A stretch of 20,000 bases of DNA from Toensbergia leucococca. Lineage: Eukaryota. The stretch lies in NCBI GenBank assembly GCA_022813965.1, contig JALDZS010000109.1, positions 57,064 to 77,063 on the forward strand, in the 5' to 3' direction. The notes under the pieces are model-generated. The model did not search any database. It was not told the origin of the DNA and worked only from the letters and a program-made list of their open reading frames with translations. Each line of letters starts with the position of its first letter. The first letter of the stretch is position 1. The position numbers were made by a program, and so were the translations under genes. Of this stretch, positions 18,429-20,000 are shown piece by piece.

Positions 18429-20000
18429 TTATGTCCCTGGAAAAGGCTTCGCTAATGGACTAGAAGTTTGTCGAGACGCTGGTATCTTTCCCTCCAAATT
18501 CCGTGACATCTTCCCCTTCCCGGACTCACCGGCCCGCTTTCCAGTCAAAAGACTGTGCGAATAAGATTGCGGGCTAGAGTCAGACTCACATCCAAGCTCC
18601 CTCGACTCAGGGTGACTGCCACCAGTCTGCTCAATATCAGATGCCAGCGTTGTGCGATAGACAGCATTACTTTTCCCTTTAGCATTTTCGGCCGCGAGTA
18701 GAAATGGAGCATCCGAGATAGATGAAGATGATTTCGAGGTTTTTTGGGAGGAGATGGAAATGACGGAGATTTTCCTGCTTGCGTGACGTTGGGCGATCTG
18801 GGCGTTGCTATAGACTGAGTCCGCGTCAAAGTGTGACGATCCACGACGTGATGGGGTCGAGGTTAGCCAGGGGGAGGTGATGGATTTGGACTCTTGAAGT
18901 GACCTGTCGATTTCTTTGAATATGGCTGAGCCCCAAACACTGGCACCGGAAATCACACGAGTCGGCTTGAGAATTGGTACTGATGCTCATCAGTGGCGTT
19001 CTATACATACTCTAAGCAAAAGCACTTACCAGAGTCAATGCCGCCAGCTCTACTGACTGGTCTGCTTTTGCTTGTACCACCCACAGCGAATCCCTCCTGA
19101 CGCACTGCTTGTGGCGGCGCAGCAGGAAGTTCGGGGCGTGCTATCCTAGATGATCGTTGACCATCTCGAGCGACTGGATACATAGGAACCTCGGACGACT
19201 CTATAATAATTGAAGCTGACTGTGACTTGATCTCCCGTGTAGGATTCTCTCGTGTGAAAACTGGCACTGCGGAGCCTCTCGTGTTGTCTGAAAGGATGGC
19301 TTTCGGTGGTACTGGGGGCGGGTGGTCTTTTTCGGCGTGCTTTGCGGAATCTGATGCATATGAATGGCTGATACTGCTCGTCTCTGATCCTGGACTTGGC
19401 GGTCTCGAAGGCTCCGTAGGCGATGGCGGTAGGTGGAGGTTCATGTTGACCGCTGGGTCATGGTTGATTCTTCCATTTAGCTCTGCGTTTGAAGGCTGTA
19501 ATACAGGTTTGATTGGTGGTGGTTTCCTTTTCGGGAGACTAGAGCCTTGCGTGAAAACATCTGATGTGATTGGGTTTTGTACTAAAGGTGAAGAGGATCT
19601 AGCGTTCAGTGGCAGTGTTGTGACACTGCTCATCGGTGAGGCATTGAGGAGTTTGGGTGAGTTTGAATTCCCAAAAAGAGCATTTGATAAGGGTTCCGGC
19701 GGTGAGTTGGATCCGGCTATTGATGATGGCCTTGACTGCGAAACTCCGCCAAAGTACCCCGACTGTATAGCTCGAATGCCAAAAAGGTCCCCTTCATCCA
19801 TTTCTCGAATGTTCAGTTCCTGTCTCTCCTCCCGCGCCCCGGACGCTTCGTGGCTTGCCGCTGCAACATGTTTTCGAAGTCTGTGACGAAGTCAATACAC
19901 GGCTATCGATGACACTCCCTGTATATATGGCATACTTCCGTCGGGCGAGTAGCAGTTTGATAGTACCGGCAGTCACAGTCAAGAACAAAAGGGAGCCAAG
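18429..20000 (-). CDS. Conserved-type fungal protein with N-terminal TM helix and long Ser/Pro-rich disordered tail; 5' partial; exons >20000-19936, 19880-19030, 18979-18429
   Basis: Splicing GTATGC..CAG (19935-19881) and GTAAGT..CAG (19029-18980) joins three track ORFs: LGSLLFLTVTAGTIKLLLARRK|LRKH...DEGDLFGIRAIQSGYFGGVSQSRPSS...LQPSNAELNGRINHDPAVNM...GIDS|VPILKPTRVISG. Confidence 0.85.

Noticed and set aside
1..20000. Transposons, CRISPR arrays, tRNA/rRNA genes, secondary-metabolite cluster
   Set aside because: No transposase/RT/integrase motifs, terminal repeats, spaced repeat arrays, cloverleaf-like sequences or PKS/NRPS/terpene synthase genes were recognised by eye.

Overview
Eukaryotic DNA from a filamentous ascomycete (short GT-AG introns of about 50-130 nt with CTRAY-type branch sites; no prokaryotic features). 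Apparently intact genes flank the window. Left: a partial secreted protein (1-380, -), an Hsm3/PSMD5-like proteasome chaperone (2057-3970, -) divergent from a 3-exon Pol III subunit RPC31 (4293-5210, +), and a basic protein with a Myb/SANT-like C-terminus (5278-6120, -). Right: a 5-exon Zn-dependent FDH-like dehydrogenase (16122-17705, -) and a partial single-TM Ser/Pro-rich protein (18429->20000, -). Between them (about 6.7-15.5 kb) is a minus-strand tract of decayed genes containing one intact RING-HC gene. Its most striking element, invisible in the ORF track, is a tandemly duplicated two-gene cassette [SET-domain gene -> F-box-like gene] x2. Both SET copies are truncated, and the second F-box-like copy is fused in frame to a DUF7704-type membrane protein. 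All family assignments come from motif recognition by eye, not from database searches.
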